Shown: positions 28,885 through 39,291, counted from the first letter of the stretch. The stretch: 64,000 nucleotides of DNA from Promethearchaeota archaeon (GCA_048941015.1 JBHLNZ010000007.1:17731-81730), one strand, 5' to 3'. Notes: generated from the letters alone by a model not told the origin. Made by a program: numbers and translations.

Positions 28885-29669
28885 ATTTTATAATCTTCAA
28901 TACCTTTATTAGAAATTTTATATAATATTTTTTTTTCAGGAAATAGAGACGAATTTATTAAATGTGCATAAACAGCTTCTTTTTCTTTATGACTTAGGTA
29001 AATATATTCTGAAAAGTAATGATTTAAGTATTGTAATCCTACAGGATATTCACGTAAAATACTATTATCATCAAAATTAGGAGTGATTTGCGCTGTTGCT
29101 AAAGTAATTAGATTAAATCTTTTTGTAAGGTCATTTAGAATTTCTAATATTTTTAGAAATGTGTTTTTAACTTGATGAAATGGTTTAGTTTTATCCCCAG
29201 ATTCTACTCGAAAATGATTATTAATAGAATCTATGATAATTATTTCATTTTTATTTGATTCAAGCATCTCATTAACCTCATTTAATTTTAATAACAGTGA
29301 TGAACTACTTAATATTTTTGATACTAAAATTTTTTTCAACACATTATCAGAATCTAAAGATTGAGAAATTGCTAACTCTCTTATTCTTTCAGGTCTAAAT
29401 GTATTTTCAGTATCGATAAAAATAGTACCAAATTTTTGTTTAAATGCTTGAATACACATCTGATGACAAATCTGAGTCTTACCAGTCTTATTAGCTCCAA
29501 AGATTAAGTGCATATGTTTCGATAGAAAGCCACCATTAAGAATTTTATCAAAATTTCTCGATCCTGTGCTAAATTGATAACTTATATCTCTCCCATATTC
29601 TAAAATTTTTTGTAGAGTTAATATCTTTACACTTTTCAAATGTTTTGTTTTAGTAATATCTAATTCCAT
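28881..29669 (-). CDS. RadA/Rad51 paralog (ATPase core only)
   Basis: STGS..FDKILNGG, GANKTGKTQ, FIDTENTFRPERI, IIIIDS. Confidence 0.88.
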   Translation of the reverse strand: MELDITKTKHLKSVKILTLQKILEYGRDISYQFSTGSRNFDKILNGGFLSKHMHLIFGANKTGKTQICHQMCIQAFKQKFGTIFIDTENTFRPERIRELAISQSLDSDNVLKKILVSKILSSSSLLLKLNEVNEMLESNKNEIIIIDSINNHFRVESGDKTKPFHQVKNTFLKILEILNDLTKRFNLITLATAQITPNFDDNSILREYPVGLQYLNHYFSEYIYLSHKEKEAVYAHLINSSLFPEKKILYKISNKGIEDYKI

Positions 29670-29851
29670 ATTTGGTTTTTTTAATTATGTTTTAAATCAT
29701 AAAGACGATGTACATTAATAAAATTTTATTAATTATTGGATTGCATAAATAGAAAAATTAATTTTTAATTGAGTATAAATTATTTATTGCATATTTCTGG
29801 AAGATATTTTTTAAAAAATATTAATATAATATTGTAAATAGATCGTTAAAA

Positions 29852-30463
29852 ATGGCTAAGAAAAAAAAAGAAGTTTGTCCTTACTGTGGGAAATCTTTTG
29901 CCTATTTAAGTCGCCATAAATGTAAAGTAAAAGAACGAATGGAAGGTATTGAAGATACTGATAAATCGGTTGTAGAAAGGAGAATGGAAAGAATTGAGGA
30001 GAGAAAGAAAGATTTTACCCGTACTCTAAAAAAGGATGAAAAGTTCATCCTAGAAATAATCAATAAAGAAAAGCAAATTTACTTCAATGAATTATTAAAA
30101 TTATCGAATAAAAAGAGAAGTGAATTAGATGATATTCTAGACTTATTGGCTTTGCAGTCAAAAATTAAGATAAAAAGGGAGCTTATAGATGCAGCATGGA
30201 CAAAATTTATATCTGCAATTGAAGATATTGAGGTATCGGTTAAGGAAATTAAAATTGACTTTGATAAAAAAGATTTTATCCTTGAGATTTTCTCATATCA
30301 ACCTTGTTTAATTTGTCCGTTCGCTAGCAAATGTAATGAAACAAATTTAGATCAATTCAATCCACATCACTGTCCATGGTTAACTGATTGGATTAATGCT
30401 TCATTAGAAGGAAAAACATATAAAGTGAATTTTGATGAAATTGCATCAGAAATATTAGAATAA
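29852..30463 (+). CDS. RPC34/TFE-beta-like protein (Zn finger, winged helix, Fe-S domain)
   Basis: CPYCGKSF..L.RH.C; wHTH; PCLICPFASKC...NPHHCPWLTDW. Confidence 0.75.
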   Translation: MAKKKKEVCPYCGKSFAYLSRHKCKVKERMEGIEDTDKSVVERRMERIEERKKDFTRTLKKDEKFILEIINKEKQIYFNELLKLSNKKRSELDDILDLLALQSKIKIKRELIDAAWTKFISAIEDIEVSVKEIKIDFDKKDFILEIFSYQPCLICPFASKCNETNLDQFNPHHCPWLTDWINASLEGKTYKVNFDEIASEILE

Positions 30464-31084
30464 CTTGTTTAATCCAATAAGATAAATTTCATTACTTTTC
30501 TTTTTTGAAGATTTTGGTTTAAAGCTCTTCAAAATATTGAAATTTTTTTTCATATCTGCATAAAATTTGTCAAAATCTGTTCCTTGAAATACTTTTATGA
30601 TGAAATTACCTTTCTTTTTGAGAAATTTTTTAAATTCAAGGATATTATAGCAAAGATTGAACTGCATGGCTTGATCACTAAATTTATTTCCAGATTTCTT
30701 AATACTAGCGTCTGAGATAATAAGATCTAATTTCTCTCCTTTAAAAAAAGAAGATAATTCTTTATGAAAATCTGGGACAGTAAAGTCCATCTTTATTATT
30801 TCTATATCTTCAATTGGAGCTAAACTTTTGATATCAACTCCCAATATTTTAAAGTGATCGCGATGGTAATATTTATCTTTATATTTTTCTAAATTTTCAG
30901 AAGCAAATTTTTTTGCAACTTGTAACCATGAACCGGGAGCACTTCCTAAATCTAAAATATAGAAGGATCTCTTAAAGATATTAAATCTTTTTTGAATTTC
31001 TAACAATTTATAAGCAGAACGAGCCCTATAGCCTTCCTTTTTAGCCATTTTATAGTAAGAGTCTCTACTATGTTCATCTGACAT
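30455..31084 (-). CDS. rlmE: 23S rRNA U2552 2'-O-methyltransferase (RlmE/FtsJ)
   Basis: GYRARSAYKL, DLGSAPGSW, ISD, KVFQG, KPKSS..SNEIY. Confidence 0.93.
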   Translation of the reverse strand: MSDEHSRDSYYKMAKKEGYRARSAYKLLEIQKRFNIFKRSFYILDLGSAPGSWLQVAKKFASENLEKYKDKYYHRDHFKILGVDIKSLAPIEDIEIIKMDFTVPDFHKELSSFFKGEKLDLIISDASIKKSGNKFSDQAMQFNLCYNILEFKKFLKKKGNFIIKVFQGTDFDKFYADMKKNFNILKSFKPKSSKKKSNEIYLIGLNKLF

Positions 31085-31094
31085 AATTTTTCGG

Positions 31095-32330
31095 TTAATT
31101 AGTTATTTTCTGTAAAATTTTTTCTAATTTATCTATAGATAAATCTGTTTTAATTGCTAAAAAATCAAAATGAGTTCTAGATGCCTTATATCCTTCTTGT
31201 TTTAATTTATTAATAATAATATTAATTTTAGGTATTGAAGATAATTTTAATTTTTGACTTAATTTATGAATATTAAAATATGTTAGAGGCATATCTATTT
31301 CTTCTAAGGCAAATTGAACAATCTTATTGATTTTATTTTTATTATTTGAATCAATTTCTCTATTTAAGTTGTCAATCTTTTCTAAGAATGATCTATTATG
31401 TAATTTACTAATCCAAAGTGGGCCAGCATATTCAATCTTTTTACTTTCTCCACAAATAGGGCAGCAATGAGATATTTTTAAGATATTACTTGGAAAAGAG
31501 AAGCGATGTCCACAATTCATGCAGTGTATAATATATCCATAATTCTTAGTACTTTTCAATATTTTTTCTTTACTCGTAAAGGTTATAATAAAGACTCTGA
31601 TAAAATGATTTGAGTAAAGTGTAAATAATGGGAGTATTCCGAGATTATTAATATTAGCAATTCTTGATATGAAATATAATAAAATTCTCGCTCCTATTTC
31701 TTTACAGTATTCTGAATGCAAAGGTTTAGCCATATACTTCCTAATACATACACCTGGTTTAATGCCAAATAAAACAGCTGTGTCGGTTGCTGTAACACAC
31801 ATGAATCCATTTTTTCTTTTAATTGCTTTAAATGCGGAGTCGACATATAAGTTTGGAGTACCATATGGATCAATTGAAATAATATTTGGTTTTACATAGG
31901 CATTAATAGATTTAAGATATGACCCCTTGGCTAATTCTAAAAAGAGAAGATTAGCATCTTTATTCGAGATTTCAATTTTAGAGTTTAATTTGTTTAATCG
32001 ATTCAATTTTAAGTTTTTTCTTATAAATTCAACTGCAGATGGATCTATATCATTAATATAAATTCTTTTAATATTATCACATTCTTTTAACATTCTTATT
32101 GAACTTATTCCTGAAGCAGCCATTGAATCAACGATAATCAATGATATTTGATTTTTAAGACATAAATTTTGATAAGCAATTATAGCTAAATTGGTAAAGT
32201 CTCGGTTTAATTCCATTTTTTTATTATAAAAAACATTCATAGATTTTGAAGGAATTGAATCTTTATCACGTCTATGAATGAAAATTTTCGCTGAGCCTTC
32301 CTCAATTATAACTAGTTCATTATCTTTCAT
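31095..32330 (-). CDS. trm1: tRNA (guanine26-N2)-dimethyltransferase
   Basis: VFYN..M..NRD, DPYGTP, VTATD, Zn ribbon, GPLW, ASRTHF. Confidence 0.93.
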   Translation of the reverse strand: MKDNELVIIEEGSAKIFIHRRDKDSIPSKSMNVFYNKKMELNRDFTNLAIIAYQNLCLKNQISLIIVDSMAASGISSIRMLKECDNIKRIYINDIDPSAVEFIRKNLKLNRLNKLNSKIEISNKDANLLFLELAKGSYLKSINAYVKPNIISIDPYGTPNLYVDSAFKAIKRKNGFMCVTATDTAVLFGIKPGVCIRKYMAKPLHSEYCKEIGARILLYFISRIANINNLGILPLFTLYSNHFIRVFIITFTSKEKILKSTKNYGYIIHCMNCGHRFSFPSNILKISHCCPICGESKKIEYAGPLWISKLHNRSFLEKIDNLNREIDSNNKNKINKIVQFALEEIDMPLTYFNIHKLSQKLKLSSIPKINIIINKLKQEGYKASRTHFDFLAIKTDLSIDKLEKILQKITN

Positions 32331-32383
32331 GTTCTTGTAAAGATTTAAGATAAAAATTAATTTTTTGTATAAAATTTATAAAC

Positions 32384-33370
32384 TTATAAAAATAAGTTAA
32401 CTAGCTTTCTACTTCCTAAAATTCCTCCACATGTTGTTGCATGAATCTTTTCAATACTATTCTTCTTTAACGGTTGAATTTCTTCTATTGTTTTAGTTTG
32501 ATCAAGATTCTCTCCTTCACCTATTGTTAAAAATTCCCCACCAAGCAATTTCACAATAAATGCTAATGGAAGCCATTCATAATATAACCTGATTTTCCCT
32601 TTTGGTGAAGGAAAATATGCATATACTCCCCCATAATGAGTGATTGCATGAAAATCTCCCACAAGACTTCCTGAATATCTATCTTTAGTGTGTTTTTCTA
32701 TTAATAATTTCTCATAAGTCTTGCATTTCTGAGACCACTTCCTAGGATCACCACCTAAGCATCTAATCCCCCCTTCTTCTTTATCTGGCATCATAATTTT
32801 ATTATGAAAAACATAATGATAAAATGTGGTACTATATGGTACAGTATCAAGTAAAAATTCAGCCACTTTTCCATCAATTGCAAGAATTAAATTAGTAAAA
32901 ATACCATATAAAACATAAAATCCACAAATAATCTTACCATTTTCATTAAATATACCCACTATTGTTCCTACAGTTCTATTTACAGCTACATTTGAAGATC
33001 CATCAACAGGATCTGTAGTAATACCAAATATTCCTTCCCCTAAAACTGGAGCTGATTCCTCAGAAGCTATAAATGCAAGATCTGTGTCAGTCTCCTGAAG
33101 TGTTTTAAGAATAATGCTATGGGTCAATAAATCTTCATGGATTTGCTCTTCATCATAAATATTTTTAGAATCTTTTTTAGGTTTCATAATATTCATCCTT
33201 TGTTCAATTTCCCTTGAAGTTATACCCCGTTCCAGCAAGCCTCGAATCGGTATGGTTGCTTCTGCAATCGTTTCAATAATATCAATTATTTCTTCTTTAT
33301 GTGGGAAATTTTGACGGATATTTTTTTCAAGCCACCGTGATAATTTTAATCTTTCAGTTTTTTCGCTCAT
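32384..33370 (-). CDS. fbp: fructose-1,6-bisphosphatase class I
   Basis: ASEE, DPVDGSSN, TVGTI, RYSGSLVGDFH, GKIRLYYE. Confidence 0.85.
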   Translation of the reverse strand: MSEKTERLKLSRWLEKNIRQNFPHKEEIIDIIETIAEATIPIRGLLERGITSREIEQRMNIMKPKKDSKNIYDEEQIHEDLLTHSIILKTLQETDTDLAFIASEESAPVLGEGIFGITTDPVDGSSNVAVNRTVGTIVGIFNENGKIICGFYVLYGIFTNLILAIDGKVAEFLLDTVPYSTTFYHYVFHNKIMMPDKEEGGIRCLGGDPRKWSQKCKTYEKLLIEKHTKDRYSGSLVGDFHAITHYGGVYAYFPSPKGKIRLYYEWLPLAFIVKLLGGEFLTIGEGENLDQTKTIEEIQPLKKNSIEKIHATTCGGILGSRKLVNLFL

Positions 33371-33585
33371 TTTATTGAATATTAAATCTATTTCATTTAA
33401 TTTAATTAAAATAATGACATATGGTTGATAACTCTTTTTAAAGCTCTTTCTATTTTATTAAATTATATATAAAATATTTTTTCTATATAAAATACATAAA
33501 CAATATTTATAATTTCTAATCAAACTATAATAGAGAGATTAAGAAAAAAGGTGAGAAAGCTATAAGATCAAAGAAAATAATCAAG

Positions 33586-34677
33586 ATGAAAAGTGTTATT
33601 AAACAAAACTCTTTTGCGTTTTCTATTGTATTAATTTGGTTTTTGGGTAATTTTTTATTTTTTCTATGGGTCACAGCAGATTTCTCAGATACATTATTAA
33701 TATTATTCTATTTTAAAGCTCATGAAAGCCTATATGGGAACTTTTATGCAAATTTTTCTGAATTTATAATATTTGGAGTACTTTTTTCTTTAATAACAAT
33801 CGACTTATTTAGAAAATATAATCCCGTTGACACTTGTCGAAAATTGGCTAACAGTTACGGTAATCACATCGTTATTATTGGTTATAATCACATTGGTAAA
33901 AGAATCGCAGAACATCTGAAAGAGATTGGAGAAAGTTATGTCATTATTGAAAAACGTAAAGATGCTATTCAAGATTTAATAGATAATGAGGAACCTGTAG
34001 TAAATGATGATGCTTTAAGTTTCGATACTCTATTAGATGCAGGAGTTGATAAAGCTAAAGCAGTTATGATAATGAGTGACAATTTAGAAGTCCAATTTGT
34101 ATTGAATGCGGACGTAAGACAATTAAATAAAGGATGTAAACTAATTTGTAGAATCTTCGAAGACGATATAGGAGAATTAATCTCAAAAACATATAATGCA
34201 AAGATTATTTCAACTTCAAAGTTCACGGCTGATATAATCTATGATAAAGTCATAAAGAATAGGTATAGGAATATTTTATTGATTGGAATGAATCATATTA
34301 CTGCAAGATTGATTGAAAAATTTCAAAGAATGCCTAACCTTAAATATCAAATAATTGAGGAAAATGAAGAAATTATCGAGGATATTGCATTTGATAAAGA
34401 ACCAATAATAATTGGTGACCCAAAAGATTATACTTTATTAAAGAAAATTAGTGTTCAGGATTTTGATTATATTATAAATTTAATACCTAATGTTACAGAT
34501 TCAATTCTAATAATAAAACGCATCAGAGAATTAAATAAATCATGCAAAATACTTGCTAGGTTCTTTAATGATAACGTTGCTGATATACTTGAAAAACCTC
34601 CATTTAATACAAAAGTCATATCTTCATCTAAATATACTTTGAAGAATATGATTAAGAAAGGAATGATGAATTTCTAA
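33586..34677 (+). CDS. membrane protein with two RCK/TrkA-N domains (K+ channel-like)
   Basis: Two N-terminal TM segments; HIVIIGY..IG and NILLIGM.. Rossmann folds. Confidence 0.8.
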   Translation: MKSVIKQNSFAFSIVLIWFLGNFLFFLWVTADFSDTLLILFYFKAHESLYGNFYANFSEFIIFGVLFSLITIDLFRKYNPVDTCRKLANSYGNHIVIIGYNHIGKRIAEHLKEIGESYVIIEKRKDAIQDLIDNEEPVVNDDALSFDTLLDAGVDKAKAVMIMSDNLEVQFVLNADVRQLNKGCKLICRIFEDDIGELISKTYNAKIISTSKFTADIIYDKVIKNRYRNILLIGMNHITARLIEKFQRMPNLKYQIIEENEEIIEDIAFDKEPIIIGDPKDYTLLKKISVQDFDYIINLIPNVTDSILIIKRIRELNKSCKILARFFNDNVADILEKPPFNTKVISSSKYTLKNMIKKGMMNF

Positions 34678-34691
34678 AAATAAGATATTAC

Positions 34692-35378
34692 TTATTGAAA
34701 TCCTTTTTCTGAGAAAATTGAATAATACTCTTCGGAAGTTTTTTCTTCTTTTCTTGATAAGATTAATCTTCTATGATTCAATTTTTCAGTTCTTTCTATT
34801 TTTAATGAATAATTGATCCAATACTCCATAATTTTACCACCAGCTTGAATTTGAATAGTTCGACCATTAATTTTTGTCTGGCTAACTTCAGTTGTAATCA
34901 AGATTTCAGTTTTATAATTCCAATTTAAAATGTAAAGATTGGCTAAAATTTGATTTAACTTATAATTAAGTATAAAATTCTTTTCTTTTTTGTCTCTATT
35001 TAATTCTAATCGATATAAATCAGTTATAGAATCAACAACTATTAAGTATATATTATTAGCTTTTAAATTCTTTAAAACATCAAATTCTAAATTAAATATT
35101 ATTGTGTATAAGTCATCATAATCTAAAACCTGAATAAACAAAATTTTATCAAGTATCTTTTTCGAAGAAGGTTGAATAAAATTTTTTATTTTTTCAAATG
35201 GAAAATTAGGTTTACTATATATGAAAATGACATTTTTTCCGTTTAAAGCATTAATAATAGCTGTTTGTAAGGCAAAAGTAGTCTTTCCAACTCCTATCTC
35301 ACCCCAAATAGAAAAAATTCCCTTAAATGGCTCTTTAGTGTTTACTTTTTTATTAAGTTGGAAAATTGGAAAATTCAT
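34692..35378 (-). CDS. RadB-like RecA-family ATPase
   Basis: GEIGVGKTTFALQ, LIVVDSITDLYRLE, AGGKIMEYW. Confidence 0.8.
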   Translation of the reverse strand: MNFPIFQLNKKVNTKEPFKGIFSIWGEIGVGKTTFALQTAIINALNGKNVIFIYSKPNFPFEKIKNFIQPSSKKILDKILFIQVLDYDDLYTIIFNLEFDVLKNLKANNIYLIVVDSITDLYRLELNRDKKEKNFILNYKLNQILANLYILNWNYKTEILITTEVSQTKINGRTIQIQAGGKIMEYWINYSLKIERTEKLNHRRLILSRKEEKTSEEYYSIFSEKGFQ

Positions 35379-35419
35379 AATTTAAAATTTTAATTTTATA
35401 GTTAATTTATATAACTGAT

Positions 35420-36271
35420 TTGAAAAAAAAATTTTTGTATATTTTAACTGAGAATCTGAACTTTTTCTATAAATTAAATAAAATTTTAACTGAGAAAAAA
35501 ATAAGCTTTAAAGTTTTAACACTTGGAAGTAAAATACCAAGTATAGCTTCCTTAATACTCACAACATCGGAAGAAGTCCCAAAGTTTGAAACCAAAAATA
35601 ACAACGTAAAGTTTCTAATTTATTCTCCTGAAATTTTTTTTGAGGATTATATTCTTAGAGTTATCGCAGCATATAGAATTGAATATAAAGAGCATTATTC
35701 GAAATTAACATTTTCAATAGATCCAGGAAAAAGAATTGGATTAATGGTTTTCTTAGATAATTATTATTTAGATTCCTATTGTTGTTATAAAATGGAGGAA
35801 TTAATAGAAAAAATAATAAAAATTATAAAAATTTTTCAAAAAAATAATCCGTATTTAATTGACGTAGATTTTAAATTTGGAAGAGGGGTATTATCAATAA
35901 CTTATGAATTAGTAAAAAGGATTTATAAAATCTTCAAGAATCGGCAGAATATGAGAGTCTATTTAATAGATGAATCTAGAACTTCGAAAATTAAGAATTT
36001 AAATAAATTTAAAGGAAAGAAATTATCTAAGGATGAAATCTCTGCGTTAATTTTAGCAATGAGGGAAGGGATGGAAGTCACACATGAAAATTATATTAAG
36101 ATTTTTAATAAAATAAAATCTAAAAAATTAAAACTAAATCCTATAAATAAGAGAGATTCTGAAAGTAATAATGGAGCTTCATTCAAAATAGAAGATATTA
36201 TAGAAAAAGTCTTAAGCGGTGAATATTCATTAATCGAATCATCGCAATTAATAAAAAATGATGATATTTAA
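35420..36271 (+). CDS. hypothetical protein with RNase H-fold (YqgF/RuvC-like) motifs
   Basis: SIDPGKRIGL, IDESRTS, DEISALILA. Confidence 0.6.
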   Translation: MKKKFLYILTENLNFFYKLNKILTEKKISFKVLTLGSKIPSIASLILTTSEEVPKFETKNNNVKFLIYSPEIFFEDYILRVIAAYRIEYKEHYSKLTFSIDPGKRIGLMVFLDNYYLDSYCCYKMEELIEKIIKIIKIFQKNNPYLIDVDFKFGRGVLSITYELVKRIYKIFKNRQNMRVYLIDESRTSKIKNLNKFKGKKLSKDEISALILAMREGMEVTHENYIKIFNKIKSKKLKLNPINKRDSESNNGASFKIEDIIEKVLSGEYSLIESSQLIKNDDI

Positions 36272-36423
36272 ATTCAAAAAGAATTAACTTTTTTTAACAG
36301 ATAGAATTTAAGTATTCAAATTAGGCTAATTTAATAAAAAAAATTTTTACAAATATTTTTAATTCTACAAAGAATTGGAAGCCTTTTAAGTTAGCTTATT
36401 TTGAAATTGGGATAATATTAATT

Positions 36424-37545
36424 ATGAAACGATTCATAGCTATCGATATCTTTCGAGGACTCTGCATTTTTTATATGACATTTGGACATATGGTATATTG
36501 GGGGGTTTCATCTGCAAACTTTTGGCTTTATGAAATCATTTGGAATTTTGGGGCACCGATTGGTGGAGGTGGATTTTTATTAGTATCAGGTATGAGCGCA
36601 TCTCTTTCTTATAGAAACAGAGTAAATAAAGCTAAAATTTCTGGTGATATTAGACTGAAAAATATAAGAAATGAGTATCTGTTAAGAGCTTTAATTATTC
36701 TTTTAATATCAACTGTATGGAACTTTATAGGAACTTTGTTTATGAATCTTCCAGGAATTTGGTTATGGTTTGTTATACAAACAATTTCATTCTCTTTATT
36801 AATGGCATGGCCTCTTTTTAGAGTATCAAAATTTCTTAGATTAATATTATGTTTTTCCAGCTGGATTGGTAATGAATTGATATTCTTTTGGTTAAGCCCT
36901 TATTATGGGCAACAAAATATTTTTGGAATTTTATTTTATATCCTATATAATACTCCTGAACAAAATGTCATTTTAGGATACTTTCCTTTTCTTCTGTTAG
37001 GGACTGTCCTTGGTGATTTATTTTTTGAATCCAGCTTACATCAAGAATTAAACGAGCAGAATAATTTTCTTAAAGAAAAACTTATAAAGCCAAGTATAAT
37101 TGGAGGTTTTATTTTAATAGTATTCGGGTTATTATTTCGTTTTCCTGATTTTTCTAATAAAGAAACCTTTTCATCTCATATGTTTATTGTGGGAATTGAG
37201 CTCATTTTAATCTCAATTTTAACTTATTTAAAGGATATTAAAAAAATCCATTTTAATAAAAGATACCGAGTATTTGAATATTATTCGTTTTATTCTTTTA
37301 CAATATTTCTTGCTCATAATCTACTCTATTTTCTATTTCAACCTAGATTAAATTTTATTGAAATTTGGTTATATATTGTTCCAATAATGGTTTTATGGAC
37401 TTTACTATTTAGATTTATTTATAAGAAATGGGGAAAATATGTTTCATTAAAATTTTTAATTAACAAATCAGCAGTTTATATTAGTGATAAATTAGAACTA
37501 GCTCATACTTCAGGAGAAAAAATAAGGTTAATTAAGAGAAATTAA
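36424..37545 (+). CDS. HGSNAT/DUF1624-family membrane acyltransferase
   Basis: RFIAIDIFRGL...GH, FLLVSGMS, SFTIFLAH; multi-TM. Confidence 0.8.
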   Translation: MKRFIAIDIFRGLCIFYMTFGHMVYWGVSSANFWLYEIIWNFGAPIGGGGFLLVSGMSASLSYRNRVNKAKISGDIRLKNIRNEYLLRALIILLISTVWNFIGTLFMNLPGIWLWFVIQTISFSLLMAWPLFRVSKFLRLILCFSSWIGNELIFFWLSPYYGQQNIFGILFYILYNTPEQNVILGYFPFLLLGTVLGDLFFESSLHQELNEQNNFLKEKLIKPSIIGGFILIVFGLLFRFPDFSNKETFSSHMFIVGIELILISILTYLKDIKKIHFNKRYRVFEYYSFYSFTIFLAHNLLYFLFQPRLNFIEIWLYIVPIMVLWTLLFRFIYKKWGKYVSLKFLINKSAVYISDKLELAHTSGEKIRLIKRN

Positions 37546-37562
37546 GAAAGTAGCAAATAATT

Positions 37563-38639
37563 ATGAAACGTATAAAAGCAATTGATACTTTTCGTGGTTT
37601 AAGTATGTTATGGATGTTTTTTGGACATCTTCAAGCTTGGTGGTTAAGAGATACTGATTTATGGCTTTATAATTTAACCTTTAAAATAGTTGATCCCATA
37701 GGTTCATCTGCATTTATTTTTATTGCAGGAATAACGACAGTAATTTCAATAAGAGGAAGATTTGTAAAAGCAAAAATATCAGAAAATTATAATTATCGAG
37801 TTATAAGGAAGGAATATTTTTATAGAGCAACAATAATATTTATAATCGCAATTTTGTATAACAGTAGTATTGCATTAACAATTATGAATCCAATATGGAT
37901 ATGGACTTGGTTTGTGTTGTTAACTGTATCAGTATCACTTTTTATGGGCTGGTATCTGATGAAATTACCGATTTTGTATAGAATTATCATTGGAACATTG
38001 ATATGGATTATAAGCCAGGCTATTTTATCATCTTTATATCCTTATCAAAACCAAATCAACATTTATGGTGTAATTTTTCATATTTTTTTTCATAGATTAG
38101 AATTAGATGTAATTCTCTACTTTTTTCCATTTTTCTTGTTTGGGACAGTTGTAGGAGATCTTTTATACAAGTATTATAACATTGAGAATAAATATAAAAG
38201 GAGGAAAATAATTGTTAATAAAGTTATTTTACCTATATTCTGGGTTGGAATATTATTAATAATTTTTGGAATCCTTTTTCAATTTCCTAAATTTTTTATT
38301 AATAGGAGTTTTCCATGGTTATTCTATACACTAGGTATTGATTTAACACTACTAGCAATTCTTATCATATTTGAGGAGTTTCCTCTAATTAATACTAAAA
38401 AAGGACTACATTTTCTTTTTTATTTTTCTTATTATTCACTAACAGTATATCTAGCTCATAATATACTTTATTTCATATTCTTCAATAAATTAAATATATT
38501 TAATATTTGGATCTTCATTCTAATCACATGTATCCTAACGGGAATAATATTAAGATTGATTTATAAAAGATTTGGGTCAAAATTATCTTTAAAGGTCCAA
38601 ATCGGTAGGTTGGCTTACTATTTGGCGAAGAAAAAATAA
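37563..38639 (+). CDS. HGSNAT/DUF1624-family membrane acyltransferase (tandem paralog)
   Basis: RIKAIDTFRGL...GH, FIFIAG, SLTVYLAH. Confidence 0.8.
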   Translation: MKRIKAIDTFRGLSMLWMFFGHLQAWWLRDTDLWLYNLTFKIVDPIGSSAFIFIAGITTVISIRGRFVKAKISENYNYRVIRKEYFYRATIIFIIAILYNSSIALTIMNPIWIWTWFVLLTVSVSLFMGWYLMKLPILYRIIIGTLIWIISQAILSSLYPYQNQINIYGVIFHIFFHRLELDVILYFFPFFLFGTVVGDLLYKYYNIENKYKRRKIIVNKVILPIFWVGILLIIFGILFQFPKFFINRSFPWLFYTLGIDLTLLAILIIFEEFPLINTKKGLHFLFYFSYYSLTVYLAHNILYFIFFNKLNIFNIWIFILITCILTGIILRLIYKRFGSKLSLKVQIGRLAYYLAKKK

Positions 38640-38642
38640 TTT

Positions 38643-39161
38643 TTACTCCTTTTTTATTGTCTCACATCTAATTTCCATCGGAATCTTCATATGTATATTA
38701 TTGTAATATCTGAAATTAATATAGTTGTTAAATAAGAAATTAATTGTTTTTATATAGACTCCATTATTCCCAATAGCAATAGCTCGATCTTTGTTTATAC
38801 AATATAGTATTCTTACTAATTTTTTATCTGAATTTCCATGCTGACCTAATATTATATCATAAATATTAGTATCTTGGAAAAAGCTGAATAATAACCGTAT
38901 TAAAGTTGATTCTTCTCTCAGAATTATTATCTTCTTATTTTTTAACATGGATCTTAATTTTCTTATATACTGTTTAGATTTAAAATAATCTTGGTTATTG
39001 ACGAAAAAGAATATATAGGCTTCTTTAATGATTATATTGACTGGAAAGGTTTTGGTTATTTTATAAAATAATTGATAAAATTTTAATTCCGTATTTGAGA
39101 ATTTTTTTTTAATGTCAATAATCTGCCAAAAGAAAAAATAATCTTCAATAATGCTATACAT
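38643..39161 (-). CDS. divergent NusA-like KH-domain protein
   Basis: DRAIAIGNNGVYIK KH motif in second half. Confidence 0.55.
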   Translation of the reverse strand: MYSIIEDYFFFWQIIDIKKKFSNTELKFYQLFYKITKTFPVNIIIKEAYIFFFVNNQDYFKSKQYIRKLRSMLKNKKIIILREESTLIRLLFSFFQDTNIYDIILGQHGNSDKKLVRILYCINKDRAIAIGNNGVYIKTINFLFNNYINFRYYNNIHMKIPMEIRCETIKKE

Positions 39162-39291
39162 TAAAATATAATTTTAATTCAAAGATTTAAAATTCGATAA
39201 ATTTATTTTTATTTAAATTTAATAAATTTAGCTCATAAATAATTTTATTTTATGCTTAGGTCAAAATTTTAGGTTAAAAAGATAAACTGAA

